Part shown: positions 9,715 to 19,507 of the stretch, piece by piece
How the letters are laid out: each line of letters begins with the position of its first letter
Numbering within the stretch: the stretch's first letter is position 1
Assembly: GCA_016222825.1 (NCBI GenBank)
Contig: JACRQF010000015.1
Span: 297,646-361,645, forward strand
DNA: 64,000 nt
Direction of reading: 5' to 3'
Origin: Verrucomicrobiota bacterium
GTDB taxonomy: Bacteria > Verrucomicrobiota > Verrucomicrobiia > CAIQCK01
The notes under the pieces: generated by a model
The model's input: only the letters and a program-made list of their open reading frames with translations
Told to the model about the DNA's origin: nothing
The model's database searches: none
Program-made: the position numbers and the translations under genes

Positions 9715-10209
9715 TCACTGCAACTTGCCCAGCGCGGCCTTGATCTCGTCGAAGTTGGGAAGGTTGCCGGGATTGTCGCTGACCCACGCGTAGCGGACGA
9801 CGCCCGTCTTGTCCACGACGAACGCGCTGCGTTTCGGCACCCCGGACTGGCCGAGATTCTTTTCAGGCAGGAAGCTGTCGTAGGCGACGCCGTAGGAGCG
9901 GGCGACGCTGTGGTCGTAATCGGCTAGAAGCGGCACGGTGATTTTCTCTTTTTGTGCCCACGCTTCCTGCGCAAACGGATTGTCGCCGCTGATGCCATAG
10001 ACGGTGGCATTGAGGCCGGTGAAGGCGTTCAGGCCCTGACTGACATCGCACATTTCTTTCGTGCAAACTCCGGTGAACGCCATCGGAAAGAAGAGCAGAA
10101 CGGTGTTCTTCTTGCCGAGGTTATCGCCGAGCTTGATCCTCTTGGGACCTTCCGCGGTCTTGGTGGTCAGGTTGAAATCCGGTGCTTTGTCGCCGACGCC
10201 GATGCTCAT
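9715..10209 (-). CDS. peroxiredoxin (redoxin/AhpC-TSA superfamily)
   Basis: ORF 9715..10269; ATG at 10209 (MSIGVGDKAPDF) is preceded by AAGGAG about 7 nt upstream; FTGVCTKE active-site motif. Confidence 0.85.
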   Translation of the reverse strand: MSIGVGDKAPDFNLTTKTAEGPKRIKLGDNLGKKNTVLLFFPMAFTGVCTKEMCDVSQGLNAFTGLNATVYGISGDNPFAQEAWAQKEKITVPLLADYDHSVARSYGVAYDSFLPEKNLGQSGVPKRSAFVVDKTGVVRYAWVSDNPGNLPNFDEIKAALGKLQ

Positions 10210-10319
10210 GGTTGTCTCCTTCTGGTTTAGGTTGTTTCTCCCTGGACAGTAAATCCAGGGTCTAACCAAGCACGGCGGCGCGGAAAGTCAAACCCGGCAC
10301 ACGAACTCGCGAGCAATGG

Positions 10320-10532
10320 TTACGACTGGTCGAGCGTGAAGCCAATCTTGAGCGTCACTTGCCAGTGAGCAACCTTGCCGTCCTCGATTTGCCCGCGTGT
10401 TTCCACCACCTCGAACCAGCGCATGTTGTGCACCGTCTTCGCGGCTTTGGCGATGGCGTTCTGAATAGCCTCCTCGATGCTGCTCGGGGATGAGCCGACC
10501 AACTCGATCTTCTTGTAGATGTGATTGCTCAT
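10320..10532 (-). CDS. dodecin (small flavin-binding protein)
   Basis: ORF 10320..10622; [68 protein letters not shown] matches the dodecin fold signature. An alternative start 18 nt upstream (10550) has better GGAGG spacing. Confidence 0.75.
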   Translation of the reverse strand: MSNHIYKKIELVGSSPSSIEEAIQNAIAKAAKTVHNMRWFEVVETRGQIEDGKVAHWQVTLKIGFTLDQS

Positions 10533-10572
10533 GATGGCGCAATCTAGCATCACTCCTCCCCGTCGCAAGCGG

Positions 10573-11838
10573 TCACGGGTTCGCGAACTGAACCGTTGAA
10601 CTGACCATTGCGCCGCGGTCATCGGTGAGGCCGATGAGCCAGGTGTTGGCGTCGGCGGGCGGGCGCGGTGCGATGATGACGCCGTCGCTGATCCTGGCCG
10701 GCTGGCTCTGCCACTTGCGCTTGGAGCGGAGGCCGGTGTCGGTGGTGTAGTGAAGAGCGGCTTCTTTGAGGGTTGTGACGGACTTCACGGGCAGGCGGAT
10801 GTGGTCGCCCTCGACGACGGGTTTGCCGGGAATCGGCAGAGGTTGTCCCCCGATGCAATGCGAGTCAATGAACAAGCCGATCTCCTTCGGTGCCCAGCCC
10901 GACGGATGCCCGTGAGGCATGTTGACCTGGATGCGCATCTGTTTCAGCCCCGGCACGAGATCGAAGCTCTTCTGGTAGCTGTCGAGCGGGTAATGGACGT
11001 CGCATGTGCCGTTCACGAACAGGATCGGCACGTGGCAGCGCGGCAACAGGCTGGAAGGGTCGTAGGTCTTAACCCAAAGCTCGCGGCGGTCGCCCAACTT
11101 GTCTATGGAAGGCTTCTGCACCGACTCGCCCTCGTGCAGGAAGCCGCAACCATACACGGGAACGGCCGCTTTGAAGCGGTCGTCGAGCGAGGCCACAAGG
11201 CACGTCGTGTAGCCGCCCCAACTGATGCCCGTGACCGCTGTGCGATCGGCGTTCACTTCGGCAAACGAGCGCAGCAGCGAGTGCGCGCGAATCACGGACG
11301 CCGCCGCATGGAACGGCCAGTCGTCGCTCGCGTCGCCGCCGATGGTGTCGAACTTCTCCGGATGGCCCTGGTTCGGTCCGCCGTTCGGCAAGCGTGTGCG
11401 CGTCTCTTTCTTTGCCGCTTGGTTCAGCACCGGCGCGCTGGTCTTGGAATCGTAGATTGGGTTGGCGGGCCGGCAGCCTCCCAGGTCCATCGCGATAGCC
11501 GCGTAGCCGCGCTGCGCCCAGAGCCAGGCCCATTCGACGAATGCCGTGCCGCCGCCGCCGTGGATGAGCACCACGCCGGGAAACTTCGTCTTGCCGTCGC
11601 TGGCCTTGCCCAATGTCCGTGGCGACGCATAAAACGCAAAGACTTCCGTTGCGTGGCCCTGATAGTTCTCACCGGCGTAGAACAGCGAATACACCGGCCC
11701 CGACTGGTCCGCCCAACGCATCGTGGGAACCGTCCGCTTGAGCGCGCTGAGGTTCCACGGCCCGACTTTTTCGTCCTCGGCGCGAACGGGGGATGTGACG
11801 GCGAGTATCGTGAGAAAGAGAGCGATGAGATGTTTCAT
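10573..11838 (-). CDS. secreted alpha/beta-hydrolase (esterase/peptidase S9-like)
   Basis: ORF 10573..12030; ATG at 11838 gives signal peptide [20 protein letters not shown]; nucleophile elbow GISWGG and HGGGG motif. Confidence 0.75.
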   Translation of the reverse strand: MKHLIALFLTILAVTSPVRAEDEKVGPWNLSALKRTVPTMRWADQSGPVYSLFYAGENYQGHATEVFAFYASPRTLGKASDGKTKFPGVVLIHGGGGTAFVEWAWLWAQRGYAAIAMDLGGCRPANPIYDSKTSAPVLNQAAKKETRTRLPNGGPNQGHPEKFDTIGGDASDDWPFHAAASVIRAHSLLRSFAEVNADRTAVTGISWGGYTTCLVASLDDRFKAAVPVYGCGFLHEGESVQKPSIDKLGDRRELWVKTYDPSSLLPRCHVPILFVNGTCDVHYPLDSYQKSFDLVPGLKQMRIQVNMPHGHPSGWAPKEIGLFIDSHCIGGQPLPIPGKPVVEGDHIRLPVKSVTTLKEAALHYTTDTGLRSKRKWQSQPARISDGVIIAPRPPADANTWLIGLTDDRGAMVSSTVQFANP

Positions 11839-11842
11839 GTTC

Positions 11843-13438
11843 TTATTGGATGTAGAGGGCGCTGAAACGAACCTTCGTGTTTTGTTCGCCTTCAAACGAC
11901 ACTTTGAGGCGGATACGGCCCGGCAGACCGACGATGGCGGTCTGGCCGTTCCACAAGATCGGCGTGTGGAAGCCGCTCTGGCGGACGATGGCGGCGGCTT
12001 TGCCGGAGAAGCCGGGCAACGGACGTTCACGGTCGTCCAGCAGTTCGACCTTCAGGTTTGCCTGCGCGCCGAGTCCGTCGGCGTTCAGATAGAAGCGATG
12101 GGCGATACCAGCTTTTGTCGGAACGGCCGCGGTGACGAACTCGCTTGTGATGACCGGCAATTGATAATCGCCGCTGCCTTTGCCCGCCTCCTCCACCACC
12201 AAGTCGCCGAAGCGGTCGCGCGGGAGCGTGGCGATGCCCACGCCGCCGCGTTCGGGCGTGTCTTGCCAGTGCCGCGGGTCCCACGCACCGTAGTAGATAA
12301 AGGTCTCGTCGCCAATGTTCTCGAAGCCCTGACCTTGTAGCACCCCGCCTTGGTCCCATGCGCCGTCTTCGCCGCGCTTGAGGAAGGTCCACTCGTGAGC
12401 CGGTTCGCGGAAGCTCACGCCGTCGTTGCTGACCACGAACCCGAGGTCAATCGTCACGTCCTTCCATTCCTTCCCGCCATGCCAGATGCCATACAGGCCG
12501 AGCAGCACGTTGCCGCGGTTCCAGACGCTGATGGCTTCGTGCGTCTGCTCGCCCTCACGGCTCCGGCCCGGGCCGAGGTATGTGTGCTGCGGCTCGCGAA
12601 CAAACGCGACGCTGCTGGTCTGCGACCAGTTCACGAAATCCGGCGAACGATACGTCCGCGCCACACGGCCCTGGTAGGGACGCGTCGCGTTCATGGCGTT
12701 CTGGCCGCAGACGTAATACATGCCATCCCATTTATACAGGCCGCCGCACGGCTCAAAGTGAACCGCGGGCAGCACGAGGTCTTCCTTGCGCAACTCCGCG
12801 TTCTTCGGCTTGGCTGGCGTGAGCAGTTTCCATCGCAACCCATCTGCGCTCGCAAACGGGGCCAGCGTGCCGAGGCGTCTGCTGTTCCGAAAATAAACGT
12901 GCGTGGAAATCTTGTAGCGTCGCGCCGGGTCCGGATCGTCGGGGTCACTCAGCACCTTGAGGTTGACGAAGCCCAGCGGCGCGGGATCGGTCAGGATGAG
13001 GTTGTTGTTCTTGTTACCGCGATACTCCACGAGACCGAGATTGGGTTTGGTCCAGTGCAAACCGTCCCGGCTCTCCGCGTAGGCCGCGCGCCACCGCGCC
13101 GAGGCCACCTTGTTCTCGGTGTCATCGTCAAAGGCGACATACCACATGCGGAACTTACCGCCCTCGCGAATGACCGAGCCATAGAACTGCACCCCAAAGG
13201 CGTCCGGCGTGCCCGGCTTGCCGCGCTGCACGACGGGATTGGCCGGATGCCGCGTCGGCGACCGCATTTCCAGCCGGAGGTTCTGCGAAAAAGGAATCGC
13301 CACCGAATCAAACGCAAACAACGTCACGCCCGCCGTCTCGTCGAAGTCTGCGTCCGCCGCAGCCAGTTGGCCCGCCGCGAAAGTGGAAACGCAAATCACT
13401 CCGAGCAAGGAGAACATGAGGACGCTGGGCTTGTTCAT
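11843..13438 (-). CDS. secreted glycoside hydrolase-like beta-propeller protein (GH43/GH32-type fold, tentative)
   Basis: ORF 11843..13543; ATG at 13438 gives MNKPSVLMFSLLGVICVSTFAAG signal peptide; propeller-blade repeats. The conserved 5' block (see findings) precedes the ATG. Confidence 0.6.
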   Translation of the reverse strand: MNKPSVLMFSLLGVICVSTFAAGQLAAADADFDETAGVTLFAFDSVAIPFSQNLRLEMRSPTRHPANPVVQRGKPGTPDAFGVQFYGSVIREGGKFRMWYVAFDDDTENKVASARWRAAYAESRDGLHWTKPNLGLVEYRGNKNNNLILTDPAPLGFVNLKVLSDPDDPDPARRYKISTHVYFRNSRRLGTLAPFASADGLRWKLLTPAKPKNAELRKEDLVLPAVHFEPCGGLYKWDGMYYVCGQNAMNATRPYQGRVARTYRSPDFVNWSQTSSVAFVREPQHTYLGPGRSREGEQTHEAISVWNRGNVLLGLYGIWHGGKEWKDVTIDLGFVVSNDGVSFREPAHEWTFLKRGEDGAWDQGGVLQGQGFENIGDETFIYYGAWDPRHWQDTPERGGVGIATLPRDRFGDLVVEEAGKGSGDYQLPVITSEFVTAAVPTKAGIAHRFYLNADGLGAQANLKVELLDDRERPLPGFSGKAAAIVRQSGFHTPILWNGQTAIVGLPGRIRLKVSFEGEQNTKVRFSALYIQ

Positions 13439-13487
13439 GACAAACCGCAGCCTGCCACTGTGCGCCGTGCGCGCGCCACAAGAAAAA
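13431..13487 (-). repeat. copy A of a ~56-nt conserved 5' block (…TTTTCTTGTGGCGCGCG…GTGGCAGGCTGCGG…ATGAACAAG in gene sense)
   Basis: About 49 of 56 positions identical to 16998..17053 by manual alignment; spans the ATG of the downstream gene. Confidence 0.7.
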
Positions 13488-13755
13488 TCTCGTGCGTGTT
13501 TCAGGCAGCAGCCACTCTCCGCGGACCAGGAGAAACAACACATGACGAAACAGGAAGCCCGCTGGGCCGCGTCTCAAACAAATCGCATCTCAGCGCGCAA
13601 GCTCATGGGAGGACCAGAATGCGCGGGCCGCGGCAAATGGAGAGAGCATCTATGTGCCAGTTCCGGTGTTATCAACCGCAGTATCTTTCAATCGAATATC
13701 CGATGTGGCCCGGAAACGTTGCCAGATAAGATGAAACGAAAACGAGGACAAGACC

Positions 13756-14763
13756 GTGAACACACACAACGAACAACTGACCCGCCGCGAGTTTGTGAAA
13801 AGGGTTACGCAGGTGGCTGCCGCCGCGCCGCTCGTCGCCCGCGCCGGTGAGGAAGCCCGGCCGCGTGGCTCGCGGATTTCCTATTACTGCAACGGCGAAA
13901 TTCACGTCGGTGTGCCCGGCCGGCCGGAAGGGAAGCCGCTCACGAACGGCCATTGGGATTTCAAGCCGTCGTGGTCGAAGACCGGCAACCACCTCGTCTG
14001 TTTCCGCAGGCTCAAAGACGATCCCGTCGTCGTCAACTGGAAGAGCGCGATCTTCATCATCAACGCGGACGGCACCGGGTTTCACACGTTGAGCGACGGC
14101 ACGCACACGGATTTCAATCCGACGTGGACGCGTGATGGCCGCAACACACCGATCTGGAACCGCAAGAACGCCAAAACCGCCGGCTTCCACGTGGTGCAGA
14201 GTAAGGTGGGCGCCAAGCCGGGCGAAGAGGTCGCCATCACCGACGAGAGTTTTCCCAACTGGGCGCACTCGTGCCTCATGGACGGAAGAATTGTGGTCGG
14301 CTCCCGGCACCCGACGCTGGGTTCAAGCCTGTTCTTGCTGACCCGCAGGGAAAGGGGAAAGCCACTCTACGAGCGCGTTCAATGCGAGTTAACTGCCAAG
14401 GGCAGCTTTGCCCGGCTCAGCGTTTCTCCCAGCGAAAAGAAGGTCTGCTTCGAGTTCATCCCGTTCGAGCGAGCGAGAGAAATCAAAGGCGGAGAAGCCG
14501 GCCACACGCTCTACGTCGCGGACCTCGATGCGCGCGCGCGCACGATCACGAACCTCAAGCCGTTCGCCAACGAGGCCGGGAAAAAGATTTGGTTCGCGTA
14601 TGCGCGCTGGATTGATGGCGAGTCGGCGGTGGTCTATCACTCCGGCGAGACCGGCAAGAACCAACTCTACGTTTATCGCTTGGAAGACGGCTCGACCAAG
14701 CGCGTGTCAACAAACCCAACTGCCGACTACCGCTATCCGCACGGCGAAGCCGCGCCTTGCTGA
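13756..14763 (+). CDS. TAT-signal protein, TolB-like beta-propeller (hypothetical)
   Basis: ORF with N-terminus MNTHNEQLTRREFVKRVTQVAAAAPLVARA (TAT motif); PD40-like repeats (…NPTWTRDGRN…). Confidence 0.7.
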   Translation: MNTHNEQLTRREFVKRVTQVAAAAPLVARAGEEARPRGSRISYYCNGEIHVGVPGRPEGKPLTNGHWDFKPSWSKTGNHLVCFRRLKDDPVVVNWKSAIFIINADGTGFHTLSDGTHTDFNPTWTRDGRNTPIWNRKNAKTAGFHVVQSKVGAKPGEEVAITDESFPNWAHSCLMDGRIVVGSRHPTLGSSLFLLTRRERGKPLYERVQCELTAKGSFARLSVSPSEKKVCFEFIPFERAREIKGGEAGHTLYVADLDARARTITNLKPFANEAGKKIWFAYARWIDGESAVVYHSGETGKNQLYVYRLEDGSTKRVSTNPTADYRYPHGEAAPC

Positions 14764-14799
14764 GGAAAGGCGGGGACGCGGCGACTGAATGGATACGGC

Positions 14800-15477
14800 T
14801 TAGCGGGACACGTCCTGCATTTCATCCTTCCACGAATCGTCGCGTTGCGCGCCCCAGAGGTCGGTTTGCGGGAGAAGAAGTTCGGGGATGTTGCCGCGTG
14901 ACAAACCATCGGGCAACAGATGGTGACGCGCGGGGACACCGTAGGCCAGCGTGTCGGGCGGCACGTCCTTGTTCACCAGCGAACCGGCGCCGATGACGGA
15001 GTTGCGGCCGATGGTGACGCCGGGGCAGACGGTGACGCCGCCGCCGATGCAGACGTGGTCTTCGATGTGCGCGCCGTCCACCGGTGCGGGGCGGCGCATG
15101 GGATACTTGTCGTTCAGGAAGGTCGTGCCCGGGCCGATGAAGACCATGTTGCCGATGACGGTGGTGCTGGGGATGTAAATGTGCGCCATGAGCTTCACGC
15201 CGTTGCCGATGCGGATGCGGCCTTCGAGCGTGCATTTGTGGTGGACCACGCAACGGTTGCCGATGGTCACCTCGGCGCGGATGAGGACGTGGTGACCGCA
15301 CTGGAACCGGTGGCCGATGGTGGTGTTGGCGTAGATGATCGTGCCGGAGCGGATGATGGCGTGGTCGCCGATGCGCGTGGGCCGCGAATCGCCCGGCCAG
15401 CGGTAGCCGAGGATCACGTCGGGGTCCACCTGCGCGTCGCGGCCGATCTCGTAGAAGGGTTCACTTGCCGTCTTCAT
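14800..15477 (-). CDS. hexapeptide-repeat (left-handed beta-helix) acyltransferase
   Basis: ORF 225 aa with repeated [LIV]-G-x-x-x-x hexapeptides (…IGNMVFIGPGTTFLND…VCIGGGVTVCPGVTIGRNSVIGAGSLV…). Confidence 0.85.
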   Translation of the reverse strand: MKTASEPFYEIGRDAQVDPDVILGYRWPGDSRPTRIGDHAIIRSGTIIYANTTIGHRFQCGHHVLIRAEVTIGNRCVVHHKCTLEGRIRIGNGVKLMAHIYIPSTTVIGNMVFIGPGTTFLNDKYPMRRPAPVDGAHIEDHVCIGGGVTVCPGVTIGRNSVIGAGSLVNKDVPPDTLAYGVPARHHLLPDGLSRGNIPELLLPQTDLWGAQRDDSWKDEMQDVSR

Positions 15478-17005
15478 GTTTCGCGAAACGGTTGAGGATC
15501 TCGATGCCTTTGTCGGCGAGGACGTCGCCGGCGGGTTTCTTGAACGGCGGGCGGAACTTGGTGTAGCGGTAATGCGCGCTCATGTATTCGCGGTCGCCGG
15601 TGTTCGGGCCGTCGGTGAGGTAGCCGTGGGAGACGTTGACGTAACCGCACGGGATCGCCAGCGGCAGCGGCGAGCGGCTGCGGATTTGCCGGCCGATTCC
15701 CTGGAACGGCTCGAAAGGCATGCCGACGATGCCGACATCGCCGAGCCGCAAGACTTGGATTTCCACTTCGAGATGCTTGGGCACCGTGTCGGCCTTGCCG
15801 GTCTGACGCAAATCGAGCGCCCATCGGCTCCACGGCAGGACGGCCTCGACCAGCTTGCCGCGATAGGCGGGCGTGAGTTCGGTCGGGAAGTTCAAGCCCA
15901 CACACGCCAACGTGTTCTGGTCGCCAGCCGCCGCGCGGCGGCTGAAGTCCTCCATCTCGGCGATCTCGGCCTTCAGCGTTTTCTTGGAGGGCAGCGGCCC
16001 CAGCGGTATCCGCGCTTTTTCCGCGGCGTAGTCCAGACCGTCGCGGCGGGACGGTTTGAGTTGGCCCAGCGCCTTGATGTAGCTCTCGCCGAGCATCCGC
16101 CCGTATTTCTCCGAGAGCGCGACATCACCGCGGAACATCCCTTTGGAATTCACCTCGCCGGCGCAGCCTTGCAGGAAGCTGACCGCCAACGGCTTCGTCG
16201 GCGAGAGATGGCTCGCCACGACATCGCACGCCACCTGCGGCCAATCACCGAAAACCACCGGCTTTTCCGGGTGGTAGCAGGTGCAGGGATGACTGGTGAA
16301 CTGCGCCAGCGCAGTGACCGGCTCGCCCCGCGTGTTCTTCAGCACGACGATGGGCGCCTGGCGGTCAATGTCGCCGTTGAAGTCCACGCCCATCAGGTCG
16401 CGGTCTTCCTCGCGCATGAGATAGGTCGAGCCGTCGGCGCGGCGGCCTTTGCGATTGTAGCTGATGCGGCCCTCCGCCCCCTCGGCCCACCACACCGTCA
16501 CGGGCTGGAGCATCGCGGGCAAGCGCCTGACGTGGCTGCGGAGTTTCGCTAGCAACTCTTCGCCAACCGGCAGCAGCTTCGCTTCCGGCACGCCTTCCGA
16601 CGGTGGGATGCGGTAGGTCTCGTAGGCTTCGATGTGGTTGCTGCTCACCTTCAGGTCGGTGTGATTGTGCGAGACGAACAGGATCACGTTCGCAACCGGC
16701 AACTTGAGGTCGTCGGCGAGCGTCCGGCGGAACATCGCGCTCACGTTTGCAGCCTTCGGCGAGTTCAGATGCGTCGTCACCAGACACAATCGCAGCCCGC
16801 CGTCCTCCAATAGCGTGACCGTGGTCTTCAACGGCCCGGCCACCTTCTGCACGACGGCCCCCGTCTTGCCAGCCGTCGGCCCGCCAGCTTCCGGCATGAT
16901 CGCGAATTCCAGCGAAGCCGCACGCAGTCGCGGATGCTCGACAGGCGCAGCCCCAGCCGCCATCGCGAAGCCGAGGAACAACAGCAGGCAAGTGAGCTTG
17001 TTCAT
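15461..17005 (-). CDS. secreted hydrolase, possibly distantly ceramidase-like (hypothetical)
   Basis: ORF 15461..17092; ATG at 17005 gives MNKLTCLLLFLGFAMAAGAAP signal peptide; C-terminal region resembles that of the 4052..5434 protein. Overlaps the start of the acyltransferase gene by 17 nt. Confidence 0.6.
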   Translation of the reverse strand: MNKLTCLLLFLGFAMAAGAAPVEHPRLRAASLEFAIMPEAGGPTAGKTGAVVQKVAGPLKTTVTLLEDGGLRLCLVTTHLNSPKAANVSAMFRRTLADDLKLPVANVILFVSHNHTDLKVSSNHIEAYETYRIPPSEGVPEAKLLPVGEELLAKLRSHVRRLPAMLQPVTVWWAEGAEGRISYNRKGRRADGSTYLMREEDRDLMGVDFNGDIDRQAPIVVLKNTRGEPVTALAQFTSHPCTCYHPEKPVVFGDWPQVACDVVASHLSPTKPLAVSFLQGCAGEVNSKGMFRGDVALSEKYGRMLGESYIKALGQLKPSRRDGLDYAAEKARIPLGPLPSKKTLKAEIAEMEDFSRRAAAGDQNTLACVGLNFPTELTPAYRGKLVEAVLPWSRWALDLRQTGKADTVPKHLEVEIQVLRLGDVGIVGMPFEPFQGIGRQIRSRSPLPLAIPCGYVNVSHGYLTDGPNTGDREYMSAHYRYTKFRPPFKKPAGDVLADKGIEILNRFAKHEDGK

Positions 17006-17053
17006 GGCAAGCCGCAGCCTGCCACCATCCGCTGTCCGCGCGCCACAAGAAAA
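16998..17053 (-). repeat. copy B of the ~56-nt conserved 5' block
   Basis: See copy A; located at the start of the 15461..17005 gene. Confidence 0.7.
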
Positions 17054-17189
17054 CACCACGCATAGCTGTGTTGGCACGCCTTGGGATTTCACTCGGTTGA
17101 CGCAAAGAAGTTTCTCGTCTATCTATCGAAACACATCACCCTGTCTGCGGTGGTGGAGAACAACAATTTTACTGAATCGCACCCGCCTC

Positions 17190-18011
17190 GTGAACATCCC
17201 ACTCGAAGACAATTTCAACGACGTTCTCGGCAAAGCCCTGCGCGGTTTGAAGCTTTTGCCCGCCCAACTCGCGTCCCGGGCCGGCGTTTCCGAATCGGAT
17301 GTGAAGAAAGCCCTCGCGGGTGAGTTCGATGAAGCCGTCGTCCGCAAACTCGCCCCCGTCCTCGGCCTCGGCGCGGAGCAGCTTGTCACGCTCGGCAGGA
17401 AAGCGTGGTATCCGCCGCCCCACGAAATCGCGGGGCTTGCTCTGTTCAACACGCCGTTCGCCGATTTCACGGTCAACGCCTATCTCACTTGGGACGTCAA
17501 GACCCGGCAAGCCGTCGCATTCGACACGGGCACTGATTGCGGCCCGATGTTGAGAACCGCGAAGGAGAACGGTCTCGACATCGTCCTCATTTTGATCACC
17601 CACATCCACGGCGATCACATCGCCGACCTGGCGCGGCTGAAGAAGGAAACGGGCGCGCGCGCTTTCGTCTCGGAATTGGAGCCAACGGAAGGCGCAGAGT
17701 TGTTCACGGCGGGCAGGGTGTTTCACGCCGGCGGCCTCGCGATTGAGTCGCGCCAGACCAGCGGCCACAGCAAAGGCGGCACGAGCTACATCGTCGCGGG
17801 TCTCGAAAAGACCCTGGCCGTCGTTGGCGACGCGATGTTCGCGGCCTCGATGGGTGGCGGACTGGTTTCCTACGAGGAAGCGCTCCGCACCAACCGTCAG
17901 CAGGTTCTTTCGCTGCCGGACGACACCATCCTGTGCCCCGGGCACGGGCCGCTGACGACGGTGGGCGAACAGAAGACGCATAACCCGTTTTTCCCGGAAT
18001 TCAACAAGTGA
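17190..18011 (+). CDS. helix-turn-helix domain fused to MBL-fold metallo-hydrolase
   Basis: ORF 16665..18011 with implausible upstream part; N-terminal HTH-like segment (LGKALRGLKLLPAQLASRAGVSESDVKKALAG) then HxHxDH motif (ITHIHGDHI). Start uncertain: GTG at 17190 chosen, no in-frame ATG nearby. Confidence 0.65.
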   Translation: MNIPLEDNFNDVLGKALRGLKLLPAQLASRAGVSESDVKKALAGEFDEAVVRKLAPVLGLGAEQLVTLGRKAWYPPPHEIAGLALFNTPFADFTVNAYLTWDVKTRQAVAFDTGTDCGPMLRTAKENGLDIVLILITHIHGDHIADLARLKKETGARAFVSELEPTEGAELFTAGRVFHAGGLAIESRQTSGHSKGGTSYIVAGLEKTLAVVGDAMFAASMGGGLVSYEEALRTNRQQVLSLPDDTILCPGHGPLTTVGEQKTHNPFFPEFNK

Positions 18012-18062
18012 ACCGGCGACACAGGCCTCGCTTGCGCGCTGAAGCACGTCAAGGAGAACATC

Positions 18063-18968
18063 ATGACCACTCGAATCGGCTTCGTCGGCGTTGGACGCAT
18101 GGGCGCGAACATGGCGCGACGGCTCAAGGAAGTCGGCTACCCCATCACCGCCGTCTGTGACGTGAATGCGCCCGCTGCGGAAGCCCTCGCGAAAGAACTG
18201 GGCTGCGCCGCCGCGAAAACATTCGCTGACGTTACTGCCGCCGCGGATGTCATCATCACTGTCGTGACCGATGACGCCGCGATGAAGAGAATCTTCGCAA
18301 CACGTGGTGACAGCCTCCTGGCAGGCGCGCGCGGCAAGGTTTTCGTCAACTGCGCGACCGTCTCACCGAAGGCGCACGTCGAAATCGAGAAGCGCGCCCG
18401 GAAGGTCGGTGCGGAAACGCTTGAAGGTTGCATGGCCTCCAGCATCACCCAAGCTCGCGCGGGCACGCTTTACCTCATGTGCGGCGGACAGCGATCCACG
18501 TTCAAGAAGGTGAAACCCATCCTCACCAAGCTCAGCGACGAGGGCAGACTGATGCGCTACATCGGTCCCGCAGGCAAGGCCGCGCAGGTCAAGGCGCTCG
18601 TCAACATGGTCATGAACATCAACACCGCCGGCCTCGCCGAAGGACTCGCCCTCGGCGACGCGCTCGGACTCGACCTCAAGATATTGATGGAAGTGTTCTC
18701 CCAGACTGGCGCGAACTCGCGAGTGCTGGCGACCGACGGCGGGGACATGATGAACCGCGAGCATTCCTGTTTCTTCTCCGCGGCGCACGCGGCGAAGGAC
18801 AGCGGTATCGCGCTGGACCTCGCCAAGCGCCAGCGGCTGAACCTCCCGCTGGCCGCCGCGACGTTCAGACAATACTCGCGCATGATCCGGGAGGGCCTCG
18901 GCGAACTCGACAAGTCGGGCGTCGCCGAACTGACCTTCAGAGGCCGGCATAAATCTCGAAAGAGGTAG
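18063..18968 (+). CDS. NAD(P)-dependent oxidoreductase, 3-hydroxyisobutyrate/6-phosphogluconate dehydrogenase-like
   Basis: N-terminal Rossmann motif MTTRIGFVGVGRMGANMARRL; AAGGAG about 6 nt upstream of ATG. Confidence 0.85.
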   Translation: MTTRIGFVGVGRMGANMARRLKEVGYPITAVCDVNAPAAEALAKELGCAAAKTFADVTAAADVIITVVTDDAAMKRIFATRGDSLLAGARGKVFVNCATVSPKAHVEIEKRARKVGAETLEGCMASSITQARAGTLYLMCGGQRSTFKKVKPILTKLSDEGRLMRYIGPAGKAAQVKALVNMVMNINTAGLAEGLALGDALGLDLKILMEVFSQTGANSRVLATDGGDMMNREHSCFFSAAHAAKDSGIALDLAKRQRLNLPLAAATFRQYSRMIREGLGELDKSGVAELTFRGRHKSRKR

Positions 18969-19011
18969 TTTCAGATCACCCAACCCAACCCACCAACAGA
19001 AGGAGATAGTC

Positions 19012-19452
19012 ATGAACAAAATAGCGCCCCTCATCAGTTCCGGCGTCGCAGGCCCGCTCGGTGTCCTGCATCTGCCCCGCCTCTGGCTTAAAGTTTCGCT
19101 TGCGGCCGCGGGCCGGCTCGCCGACGGCTACCCCGATTGCGGCAAAGGCTACGACATGATTACCCTCAACGCGCTCGGCCTGGACGCCGACGCCGCGTTG
19201 AAGTTCCTCCGCGAGAAGCACCCGACGTATCCGCAGTTCGAGGCGTGGGTTCGGCAGCAGCCGGGCGTGAAACTCGACAAGGCGACCATCGAGAAGCACA
19301 ACGCCGCCGTCCGCGGCTACAACCACGACGACGCCACGCGCAAGAGCATCCTCGACGCCAACGGCATTCCCGACGACGGCACGATCAAGGACGCCGTCAA
19401 CCTCAACAACCTCGACGACTGGAAGGAATTCCACGCCGCGTTATGGGGCTGA
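19012..19452 (+). CDS. hypothetical protein (conserved domain of unknown function)
   Basis: 146-aa ORF with AAGGAG 7 nt upstream of ATG; no family confidently recognised. Confidence 0.65.
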   Translation: MNKIAPLISSGVAGPLGVLHLPRLWLKVSLAAAGRLADGYPDCGKGYDMITLNALGLDADAALKFLREKHPTYPQFEAWVRQQPGVKLDKATIEKHNAAVRGYNHDDATRKSILDANGIPDDGTIKDAVNLNNLDDWKEFHAALWG

Positions 19453-19507
19453 GAATCCGCCCCGCCCGTCATTGACAGCCGCCGGTCGCCGATGGCGCGG
19501 CCCCCAT

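Noticed and set aside
13209-13850. Plus-strand ORF that would read the conserved 5' block as coding (MTNRSLPL…)
   Set aside because: Runs in a different frame across the start of the TAT-signal gene at 13756 and has junk-like composition; the equivalent plus-strand reading at the second copy has no support either.
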